Shown in pieces: positions 1 through 10,073 of a stretch of 64,000 nt of DNA. Within the stretch, counting starts at the first letter, position 1, and every line of letters begins with the position of its first letter. A program made the position numbers and the translations under genes. The DNA comes from Candidatus Marinacidobacterales bacterium. GTDB taxonomy: Bacteria > Acidobacteriota > Vicinamibacteria > Marinacidobacterales > DATDRI01. A model generated the notes under the pieces. It was not told the origin of the DNA. It searched no databases and was given only the letters and a program-made list of their open reading frames with translations. Where the stretch lies: assembly GCA_965226495.1 (NCBI GenBank), contig OZ245365.1:1184001-1248000 (forward strand). The letters are read 5' to 3'.

Positions 1-1035
1 CTCCGCGGTGCTCCAGACTTCATAGCGAGTCGTTCCCATTTGACCTAGTCCGTCGACGTTCATATAGGCGAGGGCGTTTTGTCTGAGATCGAACCTTGCC
101 GAATCGGCATACCAAGTGGAGCCAGCGTAACGTCCGTTCGAGTGTGCGGGCCACCAGGCGACTTTGAGACCGCGCTCGAGCTCGTCGCGATGGCGGTAGA
201 AGATCCGTGCAAGCTCCAACATGGCCGCGTTGGACGCGCCCTCGTCGTTCGCGCCGTGATGCCATGCGTCAATATGGCCTCCCAAGAGAATAAAGCCTTC
301 GGGATCTCTCTCGCTCGCGATCGTGGCAATCGGTAGCCTCAGCGGCTTGAAGCCCGCGTCCACCTCGGTCTCGAGCCAGAGCTCCACCGGTTCCAAGGCG
401 AGCTTGGCTCTAAGATCGTTGCCGTCCTTCTTGCTGATCGCGATGCTCGGGATGGCGGGAAGGCGCTGGTAGTTCTTGTGTGTGGGAGTGCCCCAAATCG
501 TACTCACCGTGAGCTCATGAAGCTTGTCTGTGGGCGAGGAGAAAACAACCGCCGCGGCGCCGGCCTTTTCCGCGGCGTCGATGCTCCAGGGGTAGGCTAG
601 TGCTTCGACCAAAGCGATCTTTCCTTTCACATCGACCCGCCGGTAATCTGCAACCGTACCTTTTCCGCAATCGACGACCCGGCCACTCAAGCCTCCATCG
701 TCCGTTGGCTTGGCTAGGGCTTGGGTGAGACAAGTGATGGGCACACCGTCTCTAGCTCTCAATCTGGCCTCGCACCGCACGGGGTCGCTGACGTATGCGG
801 AGAACTCCATGACCTCGAACGGAATTCCATCCGCCTCGAGTGTCTCGACGATGTAGTCGATGGCGGCGAACTCTCCGGAACTTCCTCCTGGCCGAACGTG
901 CTGGATGATCTCGCGGGCGTGTGCTTGGAGCTCATCCTGTTTCACTTCTTTCAGGATTGTGGGTTCGTCCGGTGAGGCCGCGGGAACGAAGAGTAAAACG
1001 CCCCAAAGAGACAGAACCCCGATCCTATGAATCAT
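1..1035 (-). CDS. Secreted M28-family metallopeptidase, 3' end runs off the window
   Basis: Manual translation: AGGAGG RBS, MIHRIGVLSLWGVLLFVPAAS signal peptide, then GGHIDAW and AYMNVDG M28-type motifs. Not in the ORF track because there is no stop codon in the window. Confidence 0.8.
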   Translation of the reverse strand, partial: MIHRIGVLSLWGVLLFVPAASPDEPTILKEVKQDELQAHAREIIQHVRPGGSSGEFAAIDYIVETLEADGIPFEVMEFSAYVSDPVRCEARLRARDGVPITCLTQALAKPTDDGGLSGRVVDCGKGTVADYRRVDVKGKIALVEALAYPWSIDAAEKAGAAAVVFSSPTDKLHELTVSTIWGTPTHKNYQRLPAIPSIAISKKDGNDLRAKLALEPVELWLETEVDAGFKPLRLPIATIASERDPEGFILLGGHIDAWHHGANDEGASNAAMLELARIFYRHRDELERGLKVAWWPAHSNGRYAGSTWYADSARFDLRQNALAYMNVDGLGQMGTTRYEVWSTAE

Positions 1036-1369
1036 GACTTCCTCCTGCGAGCCGCTGGCTTCGAGGCGGAGTTTCCCCCATTGCGAGTGGATAATTCAAC
1101 ATCGTCAGCGGCATGGATGGCAAGAGTGGCGTCTTAGTTGTTCATTCCTAATGGTTTAGGACTAGCCGCCATGCGTCGCCGAAAACGGCGTGTTCTACGC
1201 GTTCGCTCCGCCTGACAGGCCCTCAAGAGGGTGCTATCATCTATTTAAGCACCCAAGTCGACTCATTAGAACGACCGTCGTTCGGTAGATTGTGTTCCTG
1301 GCGGGCCGTTCGAGGCTTGCCCGGGCTGCCCCTCGGCAGTCCGGAAACACGGGGACGCGCATCGGCCCG

Positions 1370-3481
1370 ATGAATATCAGAGTCAAAGGCAAGGTAAACA
1401 ATAAAGGGCAGTTCGCCGGCGTCCTGGGGGCGCTCGGGGTGGCGCGGAAGACCGGCTGTCTCGTGGTGACTTCAGAGGACGTCGAGAGAAAACTCTACTT
1501 CGAGGGCGGAGCTATTGTCGCCGCGTCGTCGAGCGCCGCGGACGAATCGTTCGGACACGTTTTGGTCGAGCGGGCGATCATCAAACAGCACAATCTCGCC
1601 AACGCCAAGGAACTCGGTACCAACCAGGACTCGCTGCTCGGAAGCCGATTGGTGGAAGTGGGTGCCTTGTCCGAGGACGATGTTCGGAATGCTGTTCGAT
1701 TGAAAGTCCGGGACACTCTCACCGAAATACTTGCCGTCCCCGGCGGTCAGTACGAGTTCACTGACGATCGACTGCCAACGAAGGACAAGGTGCCGGTGTT
1801 TCTCGATCCGGGCGAGTTGATGGGGGGAGCGAAGGTTCTCCAAGAGGGACAGCCTTCGACGACTGAACCCTCCGAACATCCGAGCGAGCCGGCGAGCGCG
1901 ATGCCGGCGAGCGCGATGCCAGAAGAGCCCGAACCGACGCTGTCCGGCTCTGGCTCCGAACCGACGCTGTCCGGCTCTGGCTCCGAACCGACGCTGTCCG
2001 ACTCCGGCTCCGAACCGACGCTGTCCGGCTCCGACTCCGAATCGACGCTTGTCGACCGACGCGACCCCGATGTCTCCGATCGTCGTGACCCGGAGGTTCC
2101 CGATCGTCGGGACATCGCTAGCACCAAGGATCTGAGCGAGGGGTCTCCCGACCGGCGCGATCCAGCGACATCGGACCGACGCGATTCTTTGGAGCCCGAT
2201 CGTCGCGACCCGAAGGTGAACAAAATGCTCGAGATGTTTGCCGACTTCCACCTCGGAGGCGATTCGTCTGCTTCTTCTGATTCGGCTGCCTCGGAGCCGA
2301 CGTTGAGCGGGACCGAGTCGACCCTGACGGGTGGGACGGCCTATGAAGAGTCGGAGCCCACGATCCGTGAAACAACACCGTCCTACACTGAGCCTGCGCC
2401 GACACTCGTCAACGCGGAGCCAGAGCCAAGTGAGCCGGAGTCGAAGCCGAGTACCGGGAGCTATGCGAAGCCGGCGACAGGCAGTTATGCGAGACCAACT
2501 ACTGGGAGCTATCCCAGACCGACTACCGGAAGTCATGCCCGCCCCCATACCGGCGTACACGACAAACCGAAAAGCAACACGCCTCTCATTGGTGCCGCGG
2601 CGGTCGCAGCTGTCGTGATTCTCGGAGGGGGTTCCTGGTTGTTTCTCGGTGGTGATTCGGAAGAGCCGGCGACGGGCACGCGCCTCGAAGTGCCTACGAT
2701 AGAGACCGCGCCGACTCAGCCTCAGACCCAGCCCCAGTCCCAATCAACGTCCCTACCGAAAAAGACCGCTGAAGCACCGGCACCGAAACAACGGCAGGCG
2801 CCGCCCAAGAGGGAAAAAGCGCCGGCGACCACTGCTCCCAAGCCAGCTCCGTCAACACCCGTCAAGAAGCAAGAGGCGCCGGTCAAGAAACAAGAGGCTC
2901 CAACTGCTACGCGGCAGGCTTCGGTGAAGACAGCGCAAAACGTCGTTCCGAATCCTCCACCTGTAACGGGGAGCGCGGGGTCGACTCCACCACCCGCGGC
3001 AAAGACGGCGCCGGCCGCAACCACGACTACGAAGACTGCTAGCGAGTCGGCTAACCCACCGGCCGCGGAAGCGAAAGCGGAACCGAGCGAAGCGGGGTGG
3101 GACAACGCTGTTTTCGCGCCCACGAGGGCTACCGTTGTGACGAGCAAGCCGGCGGCTCCCGAAGCTAACGCCGTGAAAGTGGGGGATCTGGTCCAGCCTG
3201 GCCCAGAGGTCATCGACCCGGTTCTCATCGAGCATCCCAAGCTGAAGTTTCCGAAGGCCGCCAAGAAGCAGAAAATTCAGGAAATGGTGGTTCGCCTTCG
3301 CGTTCTCGTCGACGAGAACGGCAAAGTACTGGAAGCGAAACTAGACAAACCAGTCGGAAACGGCTTCGACGAATCAGCCGTCCAAGTAGCCCGCCAAGCG
3401 CGATTCATCCCGGCGACCCACGGTAGAGTCCAGGTCAAAATGTGGACTGAGCTTCCACTTCATTACCTCCAAAAGAAATAG
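1370..3481 (+). CDS. TonB-family protein with N-terminal DUF4388/PATAN-like domain, repeat-rich linker, one TM helix and TonB C-terminal domain
   Basis: N-term KTGCLVV..RKLYFEGGAIVAASS; TM segment LIGAAAVAAVVILGGGSWLFL; Pro/Lys/Ala-rich spacer; C-term FPKAAKKQ..VRLRVLVDENGKV..FDESAVQVARQARFIPA. Confidence 0.8.
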   Translation: MNIRVKGKVNNKGQFAGVLGALGVARKTGCLVVTSEDVERKLYFEGGAIVAASSSAADESFGHVLVERAIIKQHNLANAKELGTNQDSLLGSRLVEVGALSEDDVRNAVRLKVRDTLTEILAVPGGQYEFTDDRLPTKDKVPVFLDPGELMGGAKVLQEGQPSTTEPSEHPSEPASAMPASAMPEEPEPTLSGSGSEPTLSGSGSEPTLSDSGSEPTLSGSDSESTLVDRRDPDVSDRRDPEVPDRRDIASTKDLSEGSPDRRDPATSDRRDSLEPDRRDPKVNKMLEMFADFHLGGDSSASSDSAASEPTLSGTESTLTGGTAYEESEPTIRETTPSYTEPAPTLVNAEPEPSEPESKPSTGSYAKPATGSYARPTTGSYPRPTTGSHARPHTGVHDKPKSNTPLIGAAAVAAVVILGGGSWLFLGGDSEEPATGTRLEVPTIETAPTQPQTQPQSQSTSLPKKTAEAPAPKQRQAPPKREKAPATTAPKPAPSTPVKKQEAPVKKQEAPTATRQASVKTAQNVVPNPPPVTGSAGSTPPPAAKTAPAATTTTKTASESANPPAAEAKAEPSEAGWDNAVFAPTRATVVTSKPAAPEANAVKVGDLVQPGPEVIDPVLIEHPKLKFPKAAKKQKIQEMVVRLRVLVDENGKVLEAKLDKPVGNGFDESAVQVARQARFIPATHGRVQVKMWTELPLHYLQKK
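1931..2212 (+). repeat. Intragenic tandem repeats: 27-bp EPTLSGSGS x4, then DRRD(P) x6
   Basis: gaaccgacgctgtccggctctggctcc units at 1931-2038; DRRD motifs visible in the translation. Confidence 0.9.
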
Positions 3482-3642
3482 CCCGCTCTCTGTTTGCTCT
3501 GCAATCATGCCGCAAGTAGAATCCCGACACAGTCGGTTTACGGGGAAAAAAGTGCGAATCGTGAACAAGCTGCTCGTAAGGTAGTTTCTCGGGAAGTGTG
3601 ATCTTGAATGCTAAGCGCGAATGTTTTGTTCCGGAGGTTTCG

Positions 3643-5016
3643 ATGCGGGCTCTAATCGTGATGTTGGGTCTAATGTCCGGCGGGGCGGCCTTCTCAGCGG
3701 AGAACTGGCCCAATTGGCGGGGTACTCACGGGACGGGGATTAGCGACGACCATCCCTTGCCCACGCGATGGAGTGCCGAGGAGAACATCGCTTGGCGAGC
3801 ACCGCTTCAAGGGTTGGGCGTTTCAGGGCCCATTGTTTGGGGAGATCGCATCTTCGTGACCTCGCAACTTGGGATCGGAGCGCTTAGGGAAGGCGGCCAT
3901 CCGAGTCTGGTACGCGGGGAACAACCCTCGGCAGAACGCCCGCTGGGCGACGCCAGAGAAAATGGGAAAGGGGAGATCGATGAAGTCGTCTTCCTGGTAG
4001 AAGCCTTCGATCGCGCCGATGGCCGCCGGGTCTGGGAGTACCGTTTGCCCGCCGAAGAGGTTGCGGGGGAGCTGCCTCCCGTTCACAGCAAGCATAATCT
4101 GGCTAGCCCGAGCCCAGTCACCGACGGAGATCATGTTTACGCCTGGTTCGGAACCGGACAACTCGTGGCGCTCGACATGAATGGGGAACTTGCTTGGAAG
4201 CGACACCTAGGCAAGGAGATCGCACCTTTCGAGATCCTCTGGGGCCACTCGAGCTCTCCGACCCTCTACGGCGACACGCTCTTCTTGCTTTGTGATCACG
4301 ACAACGAATCGTACTTGTTGGCATTGGACAAACGGACAGGCAAACAAAAATGGAAGAACGATCGCGGTGAAGGCAGGAGGTCCTACAGCACACCCTTCGT
4401 GGTTCGTGGGACCGAGCGAGACGAGCTCATCGTGAGCTCGAACAAGCGCGTCGAGGCCTTCAACCCGGCGACGGGTGAACTGCTTTGGTACACGGGGGAG
4501 TCGAATCGATTTCCTGTCCCTGTTCCGTCGTACGGGGATGGAGTTTTATACATGAACCGGGGTTCCCGAAGTGGACCCTATATGGCGGTGCGCATCGGGG
4601 GAAGTGGTGACGTCTCCTCCTCCCACGTGGTTTGGCGTGTGGAGACGGGGGCCCCGTATGTGTCCTCGATTCTGTATTACGATGGGCTGGTTTACATGGC
4701 GAACGGAGCAGGCATCGTGACGTGCGTCGATGGAAAAACCGGCCAGCGCGTCTGGCAGGAGCGCATGGATGTCATCTTCTCGGCGTCTCCGGTAGCCGGA
4801 GATGGGAAGGTGTTCTTCTTGGCGGAGAGCGGCGAGACCTTTGTGCTCGCCGCAGGGCGAAAGCTGAATGTTTTGGCTCGAAACGCCGTCGGCGAAAGAA
4901 GCGTGGCGTCCCCGGCCCTGGCGAACGGCCAGATCTTTATCCGCACCGACGGCCATTTATACTGTGTCGGGAAACAAGGCGAGGCCGGCACGACGACTTC
5001 CGGCCACGGCCGCTAG
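3643..5016 (+). CDS. Secreted PQQ-like beta-propeller repeat protein (BamB-like family)
   Basis: ENWPNWRG start after a signal peptide; repeated SP/TP..G..LY and ALD..TG..W blades; GGAGG RBS. Confidence 0.85.
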   Translation: MRALIVMLGLMSGGAAFSAENWPNWRGTHGTGISDDHPLPTRWSAEENIAWRAPLQGLGVSGPIVWGDRIFVTSQLGIGALREGGHPSLVRGEQPSAERPLGDARENGKGEIDEVVFLVEAFDRADGRRVWEYRLPAEEVAGELPPVHSKHNLASPSPVTDGDHVYAWFGTGQLVALDMNGELAWKRHLGKEIAPFEILWGHSSSPTLYGDTLFLLCDHDNESYLLALDKRTGKQKWKNDRGEGRRSYSTPFVVRGTERDELIVSSNKRVEAFNPATGELLWYTGESNRFPVPVPSYGDGVLYMNRGSRSGPYMAVRIGGSGDVSSSHVVWRVETGAPYVSSILYYDGLVYMANGAGIVTCVDGKTGQRVWQERMDVIFSASPVAGDGKVFFLAESGETFVLAAGRKLNVLARNAVGERSVASPALANGQIFIRTDGHLYCVGKQGEAGTTTSGHGR

Positions 5017-5272
5017 GGCTCTCAGTCAGCCATTCCCCGGGGCGCTGGGACACCCGTCCCACCCCACCCCCTCGACCGTCCAGATGAAGTTCGCGATCTT
5101 CCACTGCCGTTTACTTTTGCGAGAGCAATGTTGTCGACTCCGGAGTGAGAGAACCTCCCGTCGATCCAGAAGTTGTAGTCTCCCCAAACGACGGCGATGG
5201 ACCCTTGGATGAAGCGAGACTTTGTGAGAAGCGCGTCTCTTTAGATTGTGACGTAGGGTCCCGCCCCAACCA

Positions 5273-5290
5273 TCTTCAGTATTTCTTCAG
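5273..5290 (+). promoter_or_regulatory. Putative OmpR-family binding box (TCTTCAG direct repeat, 11-bp period)
   Basis: TCTTCAG at 5273 and 5284, just upstream of an OmpR-family regulator gene. Confidence 0.45.
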
Positions 5291-5364
5291 ATTGTCCCAA
5301 TAGGATGTTTCAGAGTTTGGAAGGACGCTATCTGACTCACGCCTCATTTCTATAGACTGTAGAC

Positions 5365-6042
5365 GTGCAGATTCTCATTGTCGAGGATGACGATCGCTTG
5401 GCGGCGCTCTTGGAGCGAGGTTTGAAGCGGGAGGGACACATCATCACGCTGGCGGCGGACGGATCGGAAGGGCTCGACATGGCACTGTCGCACCCCTTCG
5501 ACGTGGTCATTCTGGATGTGATGCTGCCGGTAATGGATGGGTTTAAGGTCGCCCGGAAGCTTCGGGAGACGGGGTACCAAACGCCGATCCTCATGCTGAC
5601 GGCACGCGACGCGCCGACCGACATCGTCACCGGACTCGATACCGGAGCCGACGATTACTTGACTAAACCCTTCTCGTTCGATGAGCTTCTGGCTCGGGTG
5701 CGAGCCGTCGCGCGTCGCGGTCCCGCGCCACGTCCGGCGATCTTGAGCGTCGGCGACTTGCGTGTGGATCCTGCCTCTCACAAGGCTTGGCGGGGCGAGC
5801 GCGAGCTGAGCCTAACGCCCCGAGAGTTTCAGATCCTGGAGCTTTTGACCCGCCGTGCGGGGCTCGTGTTGACGCGTGAAGCGATGATCGAAAACGTTTG
5901 GGGGCATGAATCCGACGTCGAGTGGAATACGGTCGACGTCTTCATGAGTACCTTGCGTCGCAAGATCGACCGTCCCAACGACCCACCTTTGATTCAGACC
6001 ATCCGAGGTGTCGGTTTCTGCTTGAAAGAAGCCGGACCATGA
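5365..6042 (+). CDS. OmpR/CusR-family response regulator
   Basis: ILIVEDD, ILDVMLP, GADDYLTKPF and winged-helix QTIRGVGF motifs. Confidence 0.95.
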   Translation: MQILIVEDDDRLAALLERGLKREGHIITLAADGSEGLDMALSHPFDVVILDVMLPVMDGFKVARKLRETGYQTPILMLTARDAPTDIVTGLDTGADDYLTKPFSFDELLARVRAVARRGPAPRPAILSVGDLRVDPASHKAWRGERELSLTPREFQILELLTRRAGLVLTREAMIENVWGHESDVEWNTVDVFMSTLRRKIDRPNDPPLIQTIRGVGFCLKEAGP

Positions 6043-7493
6043 AGCCCTGGCGTTCACTCGAGTTTCGACTCACCGCCTGGTATGCGGCGATGCTCTTCGT
6101 GGGTTTCCTGGCTTTGTCTCTCGTTCTGTGGATGGCGGTGCGATATGCCGTTCGAGCGGCGGTCGACGATCGACTCCTAGAGCGAATCGAGCGAATGGTA
6201 GTCGTCGTATCTATGGAAATGGAGGAGGAGCTCGCCGAGCAGCTCGATGACGAGCCGGACGAGCCCGAGGAGAGTAACGACGAGCTCGAAGAGCTCCAGG
6301 GCGAGGTTGAAGAGGAGCTTGCTGAATATGTTCTGGCGCTTCCCGAAGGTCGCTTGACTCAAATCCAAGACGAAGAAGGCGAGCAGGTTTTCCCGCCGGA
6401 CGGGACCGATCCTCCGCAGATTCCCTGGCGGCGTGGGGGAGCCGAGCCGCTCTTATATACGACCCACGTCTCGTCCGTGCCACATCGTGTGCTTATTAAA
6501 GAGGTGACATTGGGGAGCGAGTCGTACGCGGTTCTTCTGGCTAGCTCACTGGAGAGTTTGAGCGCGATTCGTGGCCGGATGCTAATGTCACTTCTCGTTG
6601 CGGCGCCGGCGGCGCTTCTACTTAGTTGCGGCGGAGGGTTCTACATCGCTCGCAAGGCTCTGGACCCGGTTAACGAAATCAGCGAAACTGCGGCGGTTAT
6701 TTCCGTTGGAAACCTTTCCAAGCGCATTACGGTGCGCGAGACGGGCGACGCGCTCGAACGACTTTCGCGAGCCTTTAACGCGATGCTCGACCGTCTCGAG
6801 AGCTCCGTCGCGAAGATCGAACAGTTCAGCGCGGACGCCTCGCATGAGCTGCGAACCCCGATCTCGGTCATCCGCACCACCGCTGAGTTAGCGGTGAGGC
6901 ATGGAAGAACCGAAGAAGAGTATCGTTCGGACCTCAAAGACATCGAAGCCGAGGCGAACCGTCTCACCGAGCTCATCGGCGTGCTCCTGTCGCTTTCGCG
7001 CGAAGGTGCACAAAGTCGTCCGGTCTCGATGTCCGATATGGACCTCTCCTGGCTCGTGGTCGAAGTCTGCCACCAGTTCGAGAGGGAGGTCGAGTCAAAG
7101 GGGTTAGAGCTCGAGGTCACTGTACCCGAGGCAGAGACGACGGTGACAGGGAACGAACCGTCCCTCCGCCGAATGCTCGCCTCGCTTCTCGAGAACGCTC
7201 TGGCCCACACCGACGAGGGGCGTATTACGGTCTCACTCCAGAAGGATCCAGACGGTATTCGGCTGGGCGTGAGGGATACCGGGGAGGGAATTCCCGAGGA
7301 GGCCATCGGATTTGTCTTCGATCGCCTCTATCGAGTGGATTCGTCGAGGGCTCGTGAGGGTGGGAACCTCGGGCTGGGACTTTCCATCGCCAAGCGTATT
7401 GCAGAGCTGCATGAGGCGGAGCTATCGGTCAGCAGTGACGTGGGTGGAGGGACCGAGTTCACCGTGCTTTTTCAGCCGAGCGTCAAGTCGTGA
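6039..7493 (+). CDS. Sensor histidine kinase (2 TM, HAMP, HisKA, HATPase)
   Basis: FSADASHELRTP H-box, LLENA N-box, DTGEGI and GLGLSIA; ATGA overlap with the regulator. Confidence 0.95.
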   Translation: MKPWRSLEFRLTAWYAAMLFVGFLALSLVLWMAVRYAVRAAVDDRLLERIERMVVVVSMEMEEELAEQLDDEPDEPEESNDELEELQGEVEEELAEYVLALPEGRLTQIQDEEGEQVFPPDGTDPPQIPWRRGGAEPLLYTTHVSSVPHRVLIKEVTLGSESYAVLLASSLESLSAIRGRMLMSLLVAAPAALLLSCGGGFYIARKALDPVNEISETAAVISVGNLSKRITVRETGDALERLSRAFNAMLDRLESSVAKIEQFSADASHELRTPISVIRTTAELAVRHGRTEEEYRSDLKDIEAEANRLTELIGVLLSLSREGAQSRPVSMSDMDLSWLVVEVCHQFEREVESKGLELEVTVPEAETTVTGNEPSLRRMLASLLENALAHTDEGRITVSLQKDPDGIRLGVRDTGEGIPEEAIGFVFDRLYRVDSSRAREGGNLGLGLSIAKRIAELHEAELSVSSDVGGGTEFTVLFQPSVKS

Positions 7494-7513
7494 AGAGGGG
7501 GAAAGGGGGCATC

Positions 7514-8389
7514 ATGAATCGGACACATCACCTGCACCGGAGCTTGGTCCTGCTGGGCCTGCTGAGCCTGCTAGGCTTGACGAGCTCACCCACGATGGGC
7601 GACGACAGCGTCGATCCGTTCTTCGTTCCACGTTACGAGTCGCATGGGGCGATGCTTGCCCCGGCGCCCAGCCTTGAAAGGCAAGAACAGGATTCACGAA
7701 ACCTCTTTCTTCAGATCGGTGTTGATTTCAAGAACGTTTTCACAACCAAGGAAAACCTTGTGATCATGGGTGCGGGTCTCGGTGCGGCGTGGGGCGCGAG
7801 TCACTTCGACGAGGACATCGCGGCGAGCAGTTTCAACGCCGAGCTGAGCCAAAGTGGATCACTCGACGGCTTCTTCGAGTCCGGCGAAATTCTCGGGGAT
7901 GGTCGAGTTCAAGCCGCAGCTGCTTTTGCCACTTACGGACTAGGGAAATTGTTCAAGGCGCCCGAGGTGGCGTCTTTGGGGCGGGATCTCGTGCGGGCTC
8001 AGATCGTCACCGCAACCATCACCTTCGCGCTCAAGGAAGCGGTCGGGCGAGAGCGCCCCGATGGCTCGAGCCAAACCTCTTTTCCTTCGGGCCATACCTC
8101 GAGCACATTCGCGACGGCAACGGTACTGCAGCGACGATACGGATGGAAAGTGGGGATTCCGGCGTACGCGGTGGCCGGCTACGTCGCGGGCTCACGCATG
8201 AACGAGGGTCGTCACTACCTGAGTGACGTCATCTTCGGTGCCGCAATCGGGATCATGGTGGGTCGCACCGTGACCATCGGCATCGCGGACAATCGCTTCG
8301 CGATCAGTCCGATGCTGGCCCCAAGTGGTGCGGGGGTTCAGTTTACTTGGCTCGGTTCGAACGGAGATTCGCTTGGGAGGTCACAGTGA
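7514..8389 (+). CDS. PAP2-family phosphatase, exported
   Basis: KEAVGRERP, SFPSGH and SRMNEGRHYLSDV motifs; N-terminal signal peptide. Confidence 0.9.
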   Translation: MNRTHHLHRSLVLLGLLSLLGLTSSPTMGDDSVDPFFVPRYESHGAMLAPAPSLERQEQDSRNLFLQIGVDFKNVFTTKENLVIMGAGLGAAWGASHFDEDIAASSFNAELSQSGSLDGFFESGEILGDGRVQAAAAFATYGLGKLFKAPEVASLGRDLVRAQIVTATITFALKEAVGRERPDGSSQTSFPSGHTSSTFATATVLQRRYGWKVGIPAYAVAGYVAGSRMNEGRHYLSDVIFGAAIGIMVGRTVTIGIADNRFAISPMLAPSGAGVQFTWLGSNGDSLGRSQ

Positions 8390-8391
8390 CG

Positions 8392-8745
8392 ATGTCGGAG
8401 CAAAACAAGAAGTTGGTCCGTGAGTTGGTCGAGAACATCTACGGAGGGGAGCTCACGCGTTTGGATGAGTTTGTGGCTGAGACATACGTAGACCACAGTC
8501 GGTGGGGCGATCGCGACGGGCTAAGACGCATGCTCGCGCAGTTCAAGACCGCTTACCCGGACATCGAGTTCGTCGTAGAGGACGTTGTCGCGGAAGGCAA
8601 TAGGGTGGCGGCCCGAATTCGTGCCACCTACACCGGGAGTCCAAAGCAGCGCGACCGGGAAAAAACCATTCGCGCGACGGCGATCTTCCGGATCGCCGAG
8701 GGTAAAGTCGTCGAGCACTGGGGCCACAGCGATTCGTTCTACTAG
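8392..8745 (+). CDS. SnoaL-like/ester cyclase family protein
   Basis: NKKLVRE..AYPDIEFVVEDVVAEGNRVAAR..IFRIAEGKVVEHW. Confidence 0.85.
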   Translation: MSEQNKKLVRELVENIYGGELTRLDEFVAETYVDHSRWGDRDGLRRMLAQFKTAYPDIEFVVEDVVAEGNRVAARIRATYTGSPKQRDREKTIRATAIFRIAEGKVVEHWGHSDSFY

Positions 8746-10072
8746 TTCTCGGTCTCGCCCCGGTTTCGCCGAGCCACCTCGAAACGCTCGCGTGAATCGT
8801 GTATGTTCTGCCGGAATTCTAGATAGGAAGATACGAGAGATCGAGGAACCCGGAGGTCGGCACTTTCCTCACGCAACGCATCGAGCTCGCGCAATAGCTC
8901 TTCTGTCTCGACACCCGGTCCCATGGCCTTCTGCTCCAGCTGTTGGAGGCGGCGGTAAAACTTCTGAAGGTGCATAGAGAACCGGAGTTTGAACACCCCA
9001 GGGACGGCTTTGAACACAAAGAAGGCGACGGTCGCAACGGGGGTCAGAAGCGTGACCAGCCATGTGGCTAGCGACGCCAGCCAGAAGGGCAGCAGCTTGT
9101 AGACAAATCCCTGGCCTTGGGAGAAGTACTGTGTCGCCGCCGGGCTGAGCGGGAGGGAAACATACTTGCTGCTAGGAAACATGCCTTGTGCTGCGAATAG
9201 AGTGGGGGAGCGATGAATTTCCTTCGCAGCCTCCAGAAGAACGGCGACCGCCGCCGGGTGTAGCTCGGCCCCCGCGACGAGATTCGTGGCCGGGGCCACC
9301 AGATCCAGATCCGCGGAAGGGATATTTCGGGCCAAGTCGTACGCCCCCATGGGAAGTACCAACTCTTCCAGCTCGGGATGGCGTCGAGCATAGGCAGCCG
9401 TCCGAACCAAGGACAATGGCACCAAGCCCTCGGTTTGGAGGAGTTGGGAAATAAACGGAGCACTAGGCTGGCCAACCAGGCAGGTGGCGTCCATCCGTCC
9501 CGACGAGAGCTCCGCGGCCAAGGCTTCTGGCGAAGGATGCTCGTACGGTACGAGCTCGACGTCGTCTTCGATGCCGTTATCTTCTATCAACAGGAGGGCT
9601 GTGGCACGGGAACCGCTGCCCTTGGGTCCGAGGAGCACGCGCCGTCCGGCTAGGTCGCTGATGGAAGTGATGGCGTCTTCCTTGCGAACGAACACCCAAA
9701 AAGGCTCGAAGCTAAGACTACCCAACGAGACAAGATCCGAAACCAAGTCTTGATCATCGAGCTCCCGCTCGATGCAAGACTCCACGAAACCCACCGCCGG
9801 TCGGTCCTCCGACGAAAGACGCCGCAGGTTGTCGAGGGAGCCTTCGGTTTGGATCAAGCGAGCCGTGAGACCCTTCGCGCCGAGGAACCCAACGTACTGC
9901 TTTCCGTACTCGTAGTAGCCCGTTCCGATCGTCCCGCGAAGATAACGATCTCGCGCGGTGCGGCGGGGCTGACGTTGCGCCAGGTCACGATGAACACCAC
10001 CAAAAGTACGAGTAGCGAGACACCGAAGAAGATACGGCGGGACCTTTTAGTTAGCGGCTTTGAGGGCGTCAT
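8742..10072 (-). pseudogene. TAXI-family TRAP solute-binding subunit, frameshifted near 9933 (possible sequencing error)
   Basis: The N-terminal frame (MTPSKP..TM..REIVIFAG) joins a second frame (TIGTGYYEYGKQY..IQTEGSLDNL..GPKGSGS) if one G is added in GCGGGACG. Confidence 0.75.
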
Positions 10073-10073
10073 A

